Assembly (NCBI GenBank): GCA_951406725.2
Contig: OX597816.1
Location: 74,524,001-74,588,000 of the forward strand
Direction of reading: 5' to 3'
DNA length: 64,000 nucleotides
Source: Octopus vulgaris
Lineage: Eukaryota
The position numbers and the translations under genes were made by a program. Each line of letters begins with the position of its first letter. The first letter of the stretch is position 1. Below the pieces are notes generated by a model. It had not been told where the DNA came from and made no database searches. It was given only the letters and a program-made list of their open reading frames with translations. Of the stretch, positions 1 through 12,867 are shown piece by piece.

Positions 1-997
1 GTAAATATATATATGTATATACACACACACAACGGGCTTCCTCACAGTTTCTATCTACAAGATATTGGTCGGCCCGTGGAAATAGTAGAAGACACTTGCA
101 TAAAGTGTCGCGTAGTAAGACTAAACTCAAAACCACATAGTTGGAAACGAATTGTTTAAAAGATAGCTATACGTGTACAATATATTAACATATCCAGCTG
201 TTATTATAAATGAGATTTAAACACAATATCTGACAAACGTCTTACCCAGCAGCCAAGTCGGTGTAAATTATTAGCTTTTCAGCACATTTCTGCAACATTA
301 TAGCAGTCTGGTATCGCTGTGTCATTTATTAATTCAATACAGCCATGGAAAATGATGTCAGGTTTATTACGTACTATCATCATGCGACCAGTATATATAT
401 TATAGTTTCATAGCGTTGTCGCATTGTCGTTTTCTAAGACAGGTAAAAATCGACGTTCAGACCAACTTTTAACATAGATAGAAGGTTACACATTTTGGGT
501 AGAAGTATAGTCGAGATTACAGACATAATATCAGAGAATTAAGGCAACGAGCTGGCAACATTTTTGGCTGTTCTGTCATAATGCTTAGCGACATTTCTTC
601 CTGATCTTTACATCCTGAGTTCAAATCCTGCCCAGGTCAACTTTGCCTTTCATCCTTTCATGGTCGACAAAATAAATTACTAGAAAAGTACTGGGGTCGA
701 TATAATTGATTTGTCACCTTCCCTCCAAAATGTTGGACTTGAACTCTGCAACGGACCGTCCTCCCGTTCGGTCACTTACATGCCATGGAAACCGAGTAAC
801 AGGCCTTGCGAGTCCTAGGGCTGAAGAAAAATGATTACAAAATGAAAGAGGTGCAGTCTCCAGTACTTCTCTGATATTTGTTTTATCGGCCTTGGGAGGA
901 TGAAAGACTAAGTCAGTCTCGGTGAGATTTGAACTTAAACCGAAAGGAATGTAACTGTAAAGTTTATCTAGCACTCAACCGATGGTCCTCCTCGTGA

Positions 998-1797
998 TAA
1001 TCCTTTCTTTTATAGGCACAAGGCCCGAAATTTTTTTTTGGGGCGGGGACGAAATAGTCGATTACATAGATCCCAGTGCTCAACTGCTACTTATTTCATT
1101 GACCCTGAAAGAGGGAAAGCAAAGTCCACCTCGGTAGAATTTGAACTCAAAACTTGAAGACGGGCAAAATACCATTAAGCATTCACTCGGCGTGCTAATG
1201 ATTCTTATTTCTTTATTGTCCTCAAGGGGCTAAACATAGAGGGGACAAACAAGGACAAAGGGATTAAGTCGATTACATCGACCCCAGTGCATAACTGGTA
1301 CTTGATTTATCGACCCCAAAAGGATGAAAGGCAAAGTTGACCTCGGCGGAATTTGAACTCAGAACGTAGCGGCAAACGAAATACCTATTTCTTTACTACC
1401 CACAAGGGGCTAAACACAGAGGAGACAAACAAAGACAGACGGATAAAGTCGATTATATCGACCCCAGTGCGAAACTGGTACTTATTTAATCGACCCCGAA
1501 AGGATGAAAGGCAAAGTCGACCTCGGCGGAATTTGAACTCAGAACGTACAGGCAGACGAAATACCTATTTCTTTACTACCCACAAGGGGCTAAACACAGA
1601 GAGGACAAACAAGAACAGACAAACGGATTAAGTCGATTATATCGACCCTAGTGCGCAACTAGTACTTATTTAATCGACCCCGAAAGGATGAAAGGCAAAG
1701 TTAACCTCGGCGGAATTTGTACTCAGAACGTAGCGGCAGACGAAATACAGCTAAGCATTTCGCCCGGCGTGCTAACGTTTCTGCCAGCTCGCCGCCT
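998..1797 (-). mobile_element. Tandem array of four family-A tRNA-derived SINE units
   Basis: ~180-bp period. Head ggcgagctggcagaaacgttagc...gagttcaaattcc (A/B boxes). Central gcctttcatcctttcggggtcgataaa..aagtaccag domain resembles the MetaSINE/Sauria-type core (from memory). Confidence 0.9.
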
Positions 1798-2139
1798 TTC
1801 TTTTCGTGATAAGGACATTACATCTCACCTACTTGCGGCTACTTTTCTCAACACTACTTTTGTCTGTCCCAGGGTCATCAGTACAAGAGAGGTGAAAATA
1901 GAAGACTATTTTCACCTCTCTACGTTTTCGCACCTAAATCTGTTGAAACTCTCCGTAGATACGAAAAACGTTATTGAAGGATTTAGACAAGACTCTTATT
2001 GTAAAAACGCGAGACACACGTTCGGTATTTTCACCCGAGGCTGAATATTTATTTCATGCGTAGAAATACACAAACTATCATGTCTTCTTTTACGCAATTC
2101 TTACTGTAATCTTATACTATTTTGTAAATAATAAAAATA

Positions 2140-5100
2140 ATCCGTTCATTATTGGCCACAGAGGCCTCACACATACAGACAAAACTGTTATATAAAATGG
2201 TTGTTAGCAAACATTTCAGGGTGTGTATATACAATAAACAGAGAGGAAGAAAAATAGTAAGGCAACATGAAAACAAAGCACTCTAGGAATATACGGATAC
2301 CCAACCAAGGATAACCGTATGGTTGACGTTGCGTTGTTTAATCTGAATTTCGTGGTTCTCACAGATATAATTCTAAATATTTTTTGCAAAGAGTAAAAAA
2401 TGTAAATGTTGGAACAAAATGTTTATTGCATTTTATTAAATACAGGAATAAAATTCTCTTAATTATTATTTTCGAATTTTATCCTTTATATTTGGAAAAT
2501 CACGAACACATGACGTGATACCGCACTAGCCCCTCGTGACTGCTCGAGTCGCTCGAATGGCACAATCAGCAGGTTCTTCACCCGACCACTCTTCCTATCG
2601 GATAGGATTTCTGACATAAGCACGTAGTCGCATAATAACTGTTTCTGATTTATTATTCGATAACATTGACCTCAATAATTCGTTGATACTTTATTTCATC
2701 CAGCAGGATGAAAGGTAGAGATGAGTTCGGCGGGATTTGAACTTAGAACGTAAGTAAAAAAGAATACCTCAAAGCATTTTGACCGTCAGCTCGCTGCTTT
2801 AATAATAATGGTTTTAAACTGTGACACAAAACCAACAATTTTTGGAGAGGGATTAAGTCGATTACATTGACCCTCGTCCTAAACTGGTACTTATTTCATC
2901 GATTCGAAAGGATGAAAGGCAAAGTTGACCTCGGCGGAATTTGAACTCTGAACGCAAAGACGGACGAAATACCTCTAAACATTTTCCCTGGCATGCTAAC
3001 GATTCTACCAGCACGTCGCCTTCGCAGCCCTAACAATACAGAATGCTTCAAATTTTGGAGCAAGGAAGGCGGCGAAACGATCTTCCCAATGGACTCAGCT
3101 AATAGCCGGATCCTACACGCCGCAGCAGGTGTTCAACATATCTCCAGTAGATAGCAATACACGAAAACCGGACGAATGCGTGCAGGACGATTTCTCCACT
3201 GCGCACATTTCGGGCAGGCCCGGCTGACGGCACTTCCATACCTGTAAATTATCTCGAACCGGCGATGGCCCATTAGTATTGCCAAGCCAAGGATTTTTGG
3301 AAATCCTTTTTATAGGCTTTGTCCCAAAAGTTATTTGTAACACACCATGACTCTTGTCGATGCCCAGAGCTTTTTTAAGAACAGCATCATTATTTCCCGC
3401 TACTTACCCTCTATAGACCGCCATAGTGCAACTTTTACCGACCTCACCGCCCAACTGGCTGAGAGCTGTCAATCCCCAACAAGACTAGGTGTCAGCTGCT
3501 CTGCTCACCGTCAAAGAAACACCAGAGATGTAGCGTCTCCTTGATGGTGCAGTCTCAGCTCAAGCTTGTGCATTATCAACCACAATATGTCCAGCCCTCC
3601 TCTCACTTGCTGCTGACAACAAATAGAGCGCCTGACCAGTAGAATGAATCTCTTCTATAGAAAGTGGAAGATCAGACCCTCCAGTGCACTGAGACGTGAA
3701 CTGGAGTAAAGCTCGAAGGCCTGGCGGTAATATATGGCGTAAGTGATGTAAGTATTCACCATGTCTGTCCGGGATTTTAGAGAGCTTTCTCTTTTCTGAG
3801 TGAGCTTGGCCATGCCACTTGTTCCCCCGTCCCAGTTCTCCACTTTGTCATCCGGACCAAACCAAACTGAACAATTTGACCAGTATGGCAGTGCAATGCT
3901 CCTCTGCTCCTCGATGCTGTTGGATGGCATCAATGTGCCTCCCCAGGTACCGAGTCGCGCGCTCACTAATATTTTGCTCCTTCCCTTACCTTGTAGTCCC
4001 TTCGAATGATACCTATCTCCTTGATGTCCGACTCTATGATGGTGACGTCGTCCATGCATACTAAGCCGGCTCTTCCACATCCCTCTTTCACGCAGTATGT
4101 CCCTCAACGTCTCTAGTTTCCGCAGTAGGTCTCTAGAACCTGTACATACAAAAGGATGAGAGGGGAAAACCTAAAAGGGATAGGGTGCGCGATACTGAAT
4201 AATTATAATAGGTGGCTATTCATCCTAACCACCACATAGATGTCGCTGTATACTGTGGCAAGCCAATTTCAGAAAATGGAACCGAAACTGGACGCCGTGA
4301 GAACAGCTGTCAAGCAGCAGACCCTATCGAAAGCTTCTTATTGATCTAAACTGATCAGGATCCCACTCACGGCAAGTTCCTTACTCACCCTCTCTATGAC
4401 GTATCACATGGGGTGGAGGTTGTCGTGAATAGATCTGTTTGGGATAGTGCATGTCTGTGTATCATCAATCAGACCATCGACGACAAACGCCAACCACTTT
4501 GCAAATACCTTGACCAAAATTCTGAAATTTGCGTTTAACAAGGTTATGGACCAAAAATTTGTTTGTGTCTTTTGTCAGCAATGCTACCAATTCCTTGATT
4601 CACAGAACAAGGATATGTATCTACCAAGGAGTCTCCGAACAAGATTGGCATACAAAAATAAGACTCGTAGAGCAGACCATTCAAAGTAGATAATTTACTT
4701 GCGTGCAGCCAATCATCGCTTCCCGTATTACCGCTGCTGTAATGAGCTTTTCGCAACACTCCACCTCTCTCGTCGAGAGTTGCGACAAGCCATTAAGGTG
4801 GGCATTGAAATCCATCCTGCGTTCCGGCTTGCTATTCGTACTGAACAGTCGACCTAAGTGCTACTGAAAAGCCGAACACATCTACTTGTGGTCGTGTAAT
4901 ACACACCCATGATGGTCTGCCAAGGCCGGATTGTGCTTTGTTGTTACTTTACGCCTCTATCACTGGAGCCCACCGAGTGGTTTTTGCACCCTCGTGCCTT
5001 ACAGCACGCACCTTAGTTTTGACAAGGCAACCGTGAAGAATTAGTTGAGTGCCAATCTCACCACAAGCAAGTTGGTTATGATGCCTTTCCTAAGTGTCTC

Positions 5101-6364
5101 TTCTAAGTTTCTAGCTAATTCTCCCTCAATACAAAGCCTATCAAAATCGAACGTACAGATGACAAGTTTGTGGTCTGTCTAGTAAACAATTTTGAATTGC
5201 TGACAGCCAACATTGTATCTAACGGTCTACAGAATACTCTATATAAGATGTGGATAACTCGATGCGGTTTGTCCATATCCACATTAGCACATTCAGGAAA
5301 CCCCGGTGGTACTTATCAGGCAGTCAGAAACGTCAGAGCAGGTTTGCAAGACTTTCGCATCTCCCACTCCAATTAGCTAAATCCCCACAATCCATATATG
5401 CATCTAAATTTGATTGCCCCTCCCCTGTTGGGACGTAGACAGCTACTAGTCAGAAGGCAACTCCTTCAATACTGTTCACGCCCAGGACCATCTGCTTAGC
5501 GTCCGGGTCCAGCTAAATGGACCGTGTCTCGAGACCCAGCCCCTTGCGAAACAACACTGCCATTACAGGTTTGCTCAATGATGCGTAGATTTCATAGTCA
5601 TCAAAACTGAGCGTCGTAGCGCGTGTCGGAAGTTCTTGTTTTACTAGTGGCTATCCTTAACTAGTATCCTGAGGTCATTGAGCAGGCACCCCTTCTTCCG
5701 AGACGCATACTTTTATGCAACCCACTCTTAGAGCTGCCATGGTGTAGGAAAGGAAAGAAGAATAAAAGGGGGTCACCTGTCAATGATTTTTCTGTAGGCA
5801 ATTGGGTCTGTGAAAATCCCTTCTCTGAGCGGCGTTTCCAGTGTAATGTGGGAAAGTTTCATTTCCTTATATTAGTAGCCTTAACAGTTTCAAGTCCCCG
5901 GGGGCTTTCATTGCACTTTTATGGCAGTCCCAGCTTCAGAGGAAGAGGAGGAGGAGGAGGAAGGGGAGGAAGAGGTAGAAAGAGTGCTTGTTGGGATTTT
6001 CCTGGGTGGTGATTAATTGAGTTCATTATTTTCCACGTCGCACTTCCTGCTGCTGATGAATTAAATGTTGGTGTTTATGCTGCTGCTGTTTCCACAGTTG
6101 CTGCTGCAGTTGAAGGTACTGTAGCTGTTATTACCGCTGCTATTGTTAATGTTGGTACACTCTTTTACATGTTTCATCCATTTGACTGCGGCCATGCTGG
6201 AGCACCGCCTTTAGTCGAGCAAATCGACCCCAGGACTTACTCTTTGTAAGCCTAGTACTTATTCTATCGGTCTCTTTTGCCGAACCGCTAAGTTACGGGG
6301 ACGTAAACACACCGGCATCGGTTGTCAAGCGATGTTGGGGGGACAAACACAGACGTACATACAC

Positions 6365-6402
<38 letters not shown>

Positions 6403-7260
6403 GACGGGCTTCTTTCAGTTTCCGTCTACCAAATCCACTCACAAGGCTTTGGTCGGCCCGAGGTTGTAGTAGAAGACCCTTGTCGAAGTGCCACGCAGTG
6501 GGACTGAACCCGGAACCATGTGGTGATATTTTCACTCCAACTTTGCTACTGTTGCTACTGCATCTGCATCTGTTGTTCCACGCTGTTGTTGTTGTTGTCG
6601 AAGCGGTGGTATCGGTAGCAGTGAGGTCCACCTTTCTCTTTACCCGTGTGGTTTGTGTAAGCATAATAACCCGAGATAGTCGATTATTCCACGCACATGG
6701 CAACTCCGTCTTCTGCCATTCACAATAACTCACAGCTCCGCCCCATTTGTCAGAAAGATGAGGTCTGGGACCCTTTTCAGATATTCAGAATTTACATGGA
6801 GAAGGCCCAGCAACACATCATTTGCCTACAACACGACACACAGCAGAATCCACCAAAAATCTAGTTCTGACGGGACCATGCCACGAGCGCTTTCTGAAAT
6901 AGTTAGGGAAGACAGCAAAATCATCACTGTGGTGGTTGACCGCTGTGTGTTGTACTGCGAAGGCCTAAATTGTAATGGTTTTTCTGTAGGCAATTAGTTG
7001 TATGAAAATCCCTTCACTGAGTGGCGCTTTCTGAAGTAGCCTATTCGATATCGTGATGTTGGGGTTTTTATTGTAATGTGGGAAAGTTTCATTTCCCCAT
7101 ATTTACTTTATTGGCAGCTTTAACGTCGAACGACATTGTCTTAGATATATGCTAGATGTTCTATCATACATCGAGGAGGGTCCTTTTCTACTTGTGTATC
7201 CGTGGTCGCCTCCAGTGTACATTGCAAGCCCAAGGTATGCCCTCTCATTCGGGTTATTGT
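2140..7260 (-). mobile_element. Degenerate, near full-length L1/Tx1-like LINE interrupted by SINEs; ends approximate
   Basis: Minus-strand remnants in the expected order: ORF1 knuckle VIVNGRRRSCHVRGIIDYLGLLC (~6700), APE DHKLV (~5170), RT RSITLLNANFRILVKV (~4520), QTCTIPNRSIHDNLH (~4430), LISLDQ*EAFDRV (~4340), CMDDVT (~4050), then C-terminal SRACPKCA (~3210). Many stops and frameshifts. Confidence 0.85.
6160..6525 (-). mobile_element. Family-B CORE-like SINE with internal (TA)n, nested in the LINE
   Basis: Matches copies at 9291, 11807, 16560, 61054 and others. Confidence 0.9.
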
Positions 7261-7376
7261 CTCAATAATAAAACGACGACGACGACGAAGAAGAAGAAGG
7301 GAAGAGGAGAAAGAGAATCTGGGTTTTAGAAATTGGCGTATGAAATGATAAAGAGTTAAAAAAGTAGTCTACTTAC

Positions 7377-7552
7377 ATTTTAACATGATCCTCAAAGACG
7401 GAATAAACATCGTCAACTGTTAAGTTGGTATTGTATTCTAAGTATAAAAGCACACTTGCTTCAATTCCCGAGTCATTATTGAGAGGTGAAATATCAATTA
7501 AAGAGCTTGACTGATAACCCAAATTATTGTTTGCAAAATATATGGAATCTAT
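7377..7552 (-). CDS. Exon H: C-terminal half of the SEA-like domain
   Basis: Acceptor ttttttcttgcag, donor AT|gtaagt. Phase-0 start matches exon G. Translates IDSIYFANNNLGYQSSSLIDISPLNNDSGIEASVLLYLEYNTNLTVDDVYSVFEDHVK. Confidence 0.75.
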
Positions 7553-8122
7553 CTGCAAGAAAAAAAACAATTGATATTTAAAAAAATTTTTTCCTTTGTT
7601 TAAAAACGAAATTAAATTCAAATAACAAAATAAATCTATCACAACTCAAAAAATAGTAATTTTGATGTAACTTGTCGAGATTGCACTCACAATATGACAT
7701 GCATAAAATGATGGTTTGGAAGAATCGTTAGGACGCCAAACAAATTGTCTTGCGGTATTTTTTCACGGCCCTTTAAATTCTGTGACCAAATTCCAAAGCT
7801 GGCTTTGCATTTCGTCCTTTTCAATCAAGTACTAGAATCTATACAATCTGCAATATGGCTCCCTCAAGACTGAAACATTCAGTCTATGTTAGACATCATT
7901 ATGTTACAGTTCACTTTCCGTTGAGATTTCTCGGAAGTTTACTTCACCCTTCAAGGGTTCGATAAAATGAGTTCCACTCAAGTACTGTGACCAATTTAAT
8001 CGATCATACCCTTTTCCTGAAAATGTATGGTCTTGCCCTGTGTCTAAGTTACAAATCAATATATCAACAGTATTTACATTATTTACATTCGACGGATATT
8101 TGTCCTCATCTTGTTTGTTATT

Positions 8123-8168
8123 AACACAACGTTTCGGTTGATATTCCCTCCACCCTTCATCAGGTGTC
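8123..8168 (-). ncRNA. Minimal type-I hammerhead motif (inverted copy)
   Basis: gacac-CTGATGA-agggtggagggaatatcaacc-GAAA-cg-TT-gtgtt. One mismatch in stem II. Confidence 0.6.
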
Positions 8169-8470
8169 GTGGGGGAAATTTCGAACCTGGGTTCTCATTC
8201 CTAAGGTATTTCTCGATGTTGTTGTTATTATTATTATTATTATTATTCAGGTCACTGCTTGAAATCGAACTTGGAATCTTGGGGTTAGTAGCTCGCGCAC
8301 TTAACCACTACGCCCACGGGCATATGGCGTAGTGGTTAAGAGCGCGGGCTACTAACCCCAAGATTCCGAGTTTGATTACGAGCAGTGACATGAACAACAA
8401 CAACAACAACAATAATAATAACATCGTAGAATACCTTAGGAATGAGAACCCAGATTCGAAATTTCCCCAA

Positions 8471-8516
8471 GACACCTGAAGAAGGCTGGCGGGTATATCA
8501 GCCGAAACGTTGCGTT
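8471..8516 (+). ncRNA. Minimal type-I hammerhead ribozyme motif
   Basis: gacac-CTGAAGA-a-ggctg(gcgggtatat)cagcc-GAAA-cg-TT-gcgtt. Palindromic stem III AACGTT; one mismatch in stem I. Confidence 0.65.
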
Positions 8517-9290
8517 AACAACAAACAAGATGAGGACAAATATCCGTCGAATGTAAATGATGTACATAATTCCTCTTCTCTTAAATATAGAACCAATATA
8601 TCAACAGTTTATACACTCCGTCATGCAATATTTGGTTAATTATTGGCGCTGTTATTCCTCAGACATTAATTCTGTCTCTTTTGTGCTCAGCATTGTCCAG
8701 TTGACATTTGATCAAAACTGTTCAGTCAGAACCATCCCATCTCTAATTTTTCAAACCTGAAGTATCTTGGACTACATTATCCTCACATTTTAAAGTCGGT
8801 AGAATGTGATTTGAGGGACGACTGGCTGTTATTTCTAGCAGGTTAGATGGTTACATGGAAGCTCCTCTTACTGGCACGTGTAGCTACATTTAATTGTGAA
8901 AGACATAACTGAAGCTGACTGCAAATATAATTCTATTTCCCTATGAGCAGTATTTTAGTGATTACTTTCAACTGGCTTTTAGTGTACGCTTGTAAGTTGG
9001 AAGAGACAATATTGATCACGTGCTCTCATCTGTTAGTATTGATAAAGTCACACAGTCTGTGAGGAAAGGATTGATTTATTAATTAGCTTACAAGTTAACT
9101 AATTATAATAATGGTTTCAAATTTTGGCACAAGGCTAGTAAGTTCAAGGGAAGCGGGTTAGTCGTTTACATCGACCCCAGTGCCAAACTGGTACTTATTT
9201 TATCGACCCCTAAAGGATAAAAGGCAAAGTCATCTACGGCGGAATTTGAACTCGGAAGGCGCGCTAACGATTCGGTTAACTCGCTGCCTT

Positions 9291-9426
9291 AGTGGTAAGT
9301 AGCTTGCTTACGAACCACATGGTTCCAGGTTCAGTTCCACCGCGTAGCACCTTGGGCAATTGTTTTCTACTATAGCCTCGGGCCGACCAAAGCCTTGTGA
9401 GTGGATTTGGTAGACGGAAGCCCGTC

Positions 9427-9489
<63 letters not shown>

Positions 9490-9679
9490 CGTGTGTGTGT
9501 GTATGAGTGTGTTTGTCCCCCCAACATCGCTTGACAACCGATGCTGGTATGTTTATGCCCCAGTTACTTAGCGGTTCTGCAAAAGAGACCGATAGAATAA
9601 GTCCTGGGGGCGATTTGATCGACTAAAGGCGGTCCTCCAGCATGGTCGCAGTCAAAATGACTGAAACAAGTAAAAGAGT
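9291..9679 (+). mobile_element. Family-B SINE
   Basis: gtggtaagtagcttgc head, CORE-like caccttgggcaa, internal (TA)n(TG)n, tail ccagcatggtcgcagtcaaaatgactgaaacaagtaaaaga. Confidence 0.9.
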
Positions 9680-9966
9680 AATAGTTTCAAATTTTGGCAC
9701 AGGGTCGCCAGTTTTCCAGGGGTGGGGAAGTCGATTACATTGACTCCAGTGAGCAAGTAGTACTTATTTCAACAACCCCGAAAAGATGAAAGACAAATTC
9801 AACTTCGACGAAATTTGAAGTTAAAGAGTCGAAAGAAATGCCACTTAACATTTTGTTCGATGCGACAACAATTCTGCCAGCTCGTAAAATACAATCAGTG
9901 ATACAACAACTGTTTCAACACAGAATTCCACACAAAGAATCATGTAAAATATTTCAAAGACGAAAT

Positions 9967-10323
9967 TACCAACTACATGATTCCGGATTCATCCCACTGC
10001 GTAGGACCTTGGGCAAGTGCCATCTACTATAGCCGACCAAAGCCTTGTGAGTGGATTTGGTAGACGGAAACTGAAAGAAGCCCGTCATATATATGTATGT
10101 ATATGTATTTATGTATGTGTGTGTGCATATGATTGTGTATCTGTGTGTCCCTCCAACATCGCTTGACAACCGATGCTGGTGTCCCCGTAACTTAGCGGTT
10201 CGGCAAGAGAGACCGATAGAATAAGTACTAGCCTTACACAAAGAATAAGTCCTGGTGTCGATTTGCTCGACTAAAGGTGGTGCTCCAGCATGGCTTGACT
10301 GAAACAAGTAAAAGAGTAAAGAG
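9967..10323 (+). mobile_element. Family-B SINE (5' truncated)
   Basis: Same body and tail as the other family-B copies. Confidence 0.85.
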
Positions 10324-10754
10324 TGTGCGTATCTACGTGCGTGTGTACATGCGTGCTTGTGCGTGTGTACATGCGTGCTTGCACGTGTGCATGCAGCTCG
10401 TGATGATGAAAACGACATTGCTTAGTCTTTGTAAATCTTTTACATTCATGCAGTAGGGACTTGTTTAGGCCAAAGCTTTCAACCGTGTCCGAGCAGTTTT
10501 ATGGCCAAAGGCTTTCCAACCGAGACCTTCCCAACTTTTTGGAGATTATCTAAAACTACACTATCTAATGTGTTCCTTGAAGCAAATGGCGGTAGATTTG
10601 AAGTCTACCTCCTTTTTTATCCGTTTTGTTAAAAAATTGGCGTCATGAAAGCCATGAGCATTGAATCATTACATACCATCGTTTGCACATGGTTACATAC
10701 CATCGCTTGTCGTGTAAAAATCTTGTGGTTTTCGAAAGAATCATATTACAAATA

Positions 10755-11245
10755 TGTTTCTTTATTAGCCACACAGGGCTGAACACAGAGGGGACAAATT
10801 ACAAAGTAGAGCTTTTCTTTTTGGGGAGAAAAAGAAAAAAAGGGGGCAGGATTTCGATCAAAAGGAATCGTAAAAAGGAAAGAAAAAAAAACGATCAATA
10901 GGGATGTCATAATGTAAAGTGTAAACGGGGAAGCAGATAAGATTTATCCGTGGAAAAAAAACCCTACGGAAAAGACCACGGTAACCTCGGTCAATAATGT
11001 CACATGTTAACATTTATTTGCAAGTAAGTAACTCTCTGTTTTAAATTTTTCCTAGTTCATAGGATTATGCACAAGGTGGCTTCGTCATTCATACGTGCCC
11101 TTCTTGCTACATTCACCCCTCTTTTCTTGAAACATTCGCTAGACAAAACTTGCCTATCTACTCTCGCTTTCTTTTTGTTGATGAGAGATTGAGCAGAGAG
11201 GAAAGTGTTTGTCTCTAATCCTTTCTGACGCGTCCACCAGATGCA
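10755..11245 (-). mobile_element. 5'-truncated Tx1/L1-like LINE 3' end with 12-bp TSD
   Basis: Translates CIWWTRQKGLETNTFLSAQSLIN..VDRQVLSSECFKKRGVNVARRAR..IIL*, then a 3' UTR ending ggctaataaagaaaca. TSD atattacaaata at 10743-10754 and 11246-11257. Confidence 0.85.
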
Positions 11246-11373
11246 ATATTACAAATAATATTGTTAATATAAATGGCTGTGATATCCTCAAGTTCATTGC
11301 CGCAATAGCATCACGCATGATCGTTTATGAGAGTCACCTTGTTGCTATTGGGAAGCTCTAGATCTGCCTAGAT

Positions 11374-11622
11374 CAGTGTTCCTCAACTACCTTTTACCAA
11401 TAGAACCCTTTGATTTCAATATTACTCGAGTAGACCCTCTTAGCCATTCAATATTTTAAAATCCTATTATAATTTTATAATTATTATCAGGAATTATATA
11501 AAAATGATTATTAAAATATTTTGGGCATTATAGAAATATAACCAACTTATTGGAGTTATAAATTTGAACAAAACCTTGCATGGACTCCTATGGGCCATAT
11601 GGATCCTGGTTGAGAATCACGT
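11374..11622. mobile_element. hAT-like MITE (degenerate)
   Basis: Termini cagtgttcctcaac and gttgagaatcacg; related to 25323-25647. Confidence 0.6.
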
Positions 11623-11806
11623 AATTCCTGTTGAGTTTGCATTTACACTTGGTTTCTGGCTAAAATTGGCATATTGATTTCAAAACTACTGTCAGTTATC
11701 TACCGTGTCAAGTTTGTTTCTCTACAGTTAACTCTGAGAATAAGCACACTTGTTGCATTGTTTATCCGGAAGTAATAAGGCTGGTCAGCTGCTTCTATTA
11801 CCTTAC

Positions 11807-12203
11807 TCTGTTACTCTTTTACTTGTTTCAGTCATTTGACTGCGGCCATACTGGAGCACCGCCTTTAGACGAGCAAATCGATCCCAGGACTTATTCTTTG
11901 TAAGCCTAGTACTTATTCTATCGTCTCTTTTGCCGAACCGCTAAGTTACGGGGATGTAAACACACCAGCATCGGTTGTCAAGCGATGTTGGGGGGGGGGG
12001 GACAAACACAGACACACAAACACACACATATATATATATACGACAGGCTTCCTTCAGATTCCGTCTACCAAATCCACTCACAAGGCTTTGGTCGGACCGA
12101 GGCTATAGTAGAAGACACCTGCCCAAGGTGCCACGCAGTGGAACTGAACCCGGAACCATGTGGTTCGTAAGCAAGCTACTTATCACACAGCCATTCCTCC
12201 GCC
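11807..12203 (-). mobile_element. Family-B SINE, full length
   Basis: Complete head, CORE-like segment, microsatellite and tail. Confidence 0.9.
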
Positions 12204-12867
12204 TTATTGATAATTATCAATGATTGATTATAATCAATCACATTTCAGCTATGTCCATCGTATATTATTTTTTCCAATGTATTTTTCCTATTTTTTAAAA
12301 GCAGTTGAGTGCGATTTTCTGAATAATTAGCTGCTGTTTTTTTAACTCGCCGTATAATCACATAGATGCTTTCTCATTGGTCCGTTATGTTCCAAGTGGT
12401 AAGAGTTTGGGGTAAAGAGAATGATTGCTCACTCATGGTTATCTTTGCCAAAGAATCATCAAAGATTGAGACGGACGAACTTCATAAAATATCAAAATTA
12501 TATTTTTATGAACACTTATGTACGGCTGTATTGAGATACAAAGCTCGATGATATTGCTGGATTTATATTCGCCATCCTATTTGTAATTGGATTTCTTCGG
12601 AAAACACAAAATTTTTGAAGGGAAATGATTAGTCGATGCAATCTCACTCAGTACATGACTGGTATTTTACTTTATCGTATCTCAGAGAATGGAAGGCAAA
12701 AATTGACCCCGATGGGATTTGCGCTTCGAACGTAAAAAAACTGCAAAAAATACCTATTTCTTTACTGCCCACAAGGGGCTACACACAGAGGGGACAAACA
12801 AGGACAGACAAACGGATTAAGTCGATTATATCGACCCCAGTGCGTAACTGGTACTTATTTAATCGAC

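Larger units (their letters stand above)
8072..8593. mobile_element. Head-to-head inverted dimer of a tRNA-headed, hammerhead-bearing short element; 15-bp TSD
   Basis: 8072-8315 is the reverse complement of 8318-~8565. TSD caatatatcaacagt at 8057-8071 and 8594-8608. Head ggcgtagtggttaagagcgcgggctactaacccc. Confidence 0.9.

Noticed and set aside
246-433. Candidate next exon bounded by AG/GT on the minus strand
   Set aside because: Stops in all three frames.
1205-1797. Regular repeats that might suggest CRISPR
   Set aside because: Eukaryotic SINE units with no unique spacers and no cas genes.
1353-2044. ORFs with an internal peptide repeat
   Set aside because: They result from the 180-bp SINE tandem units.
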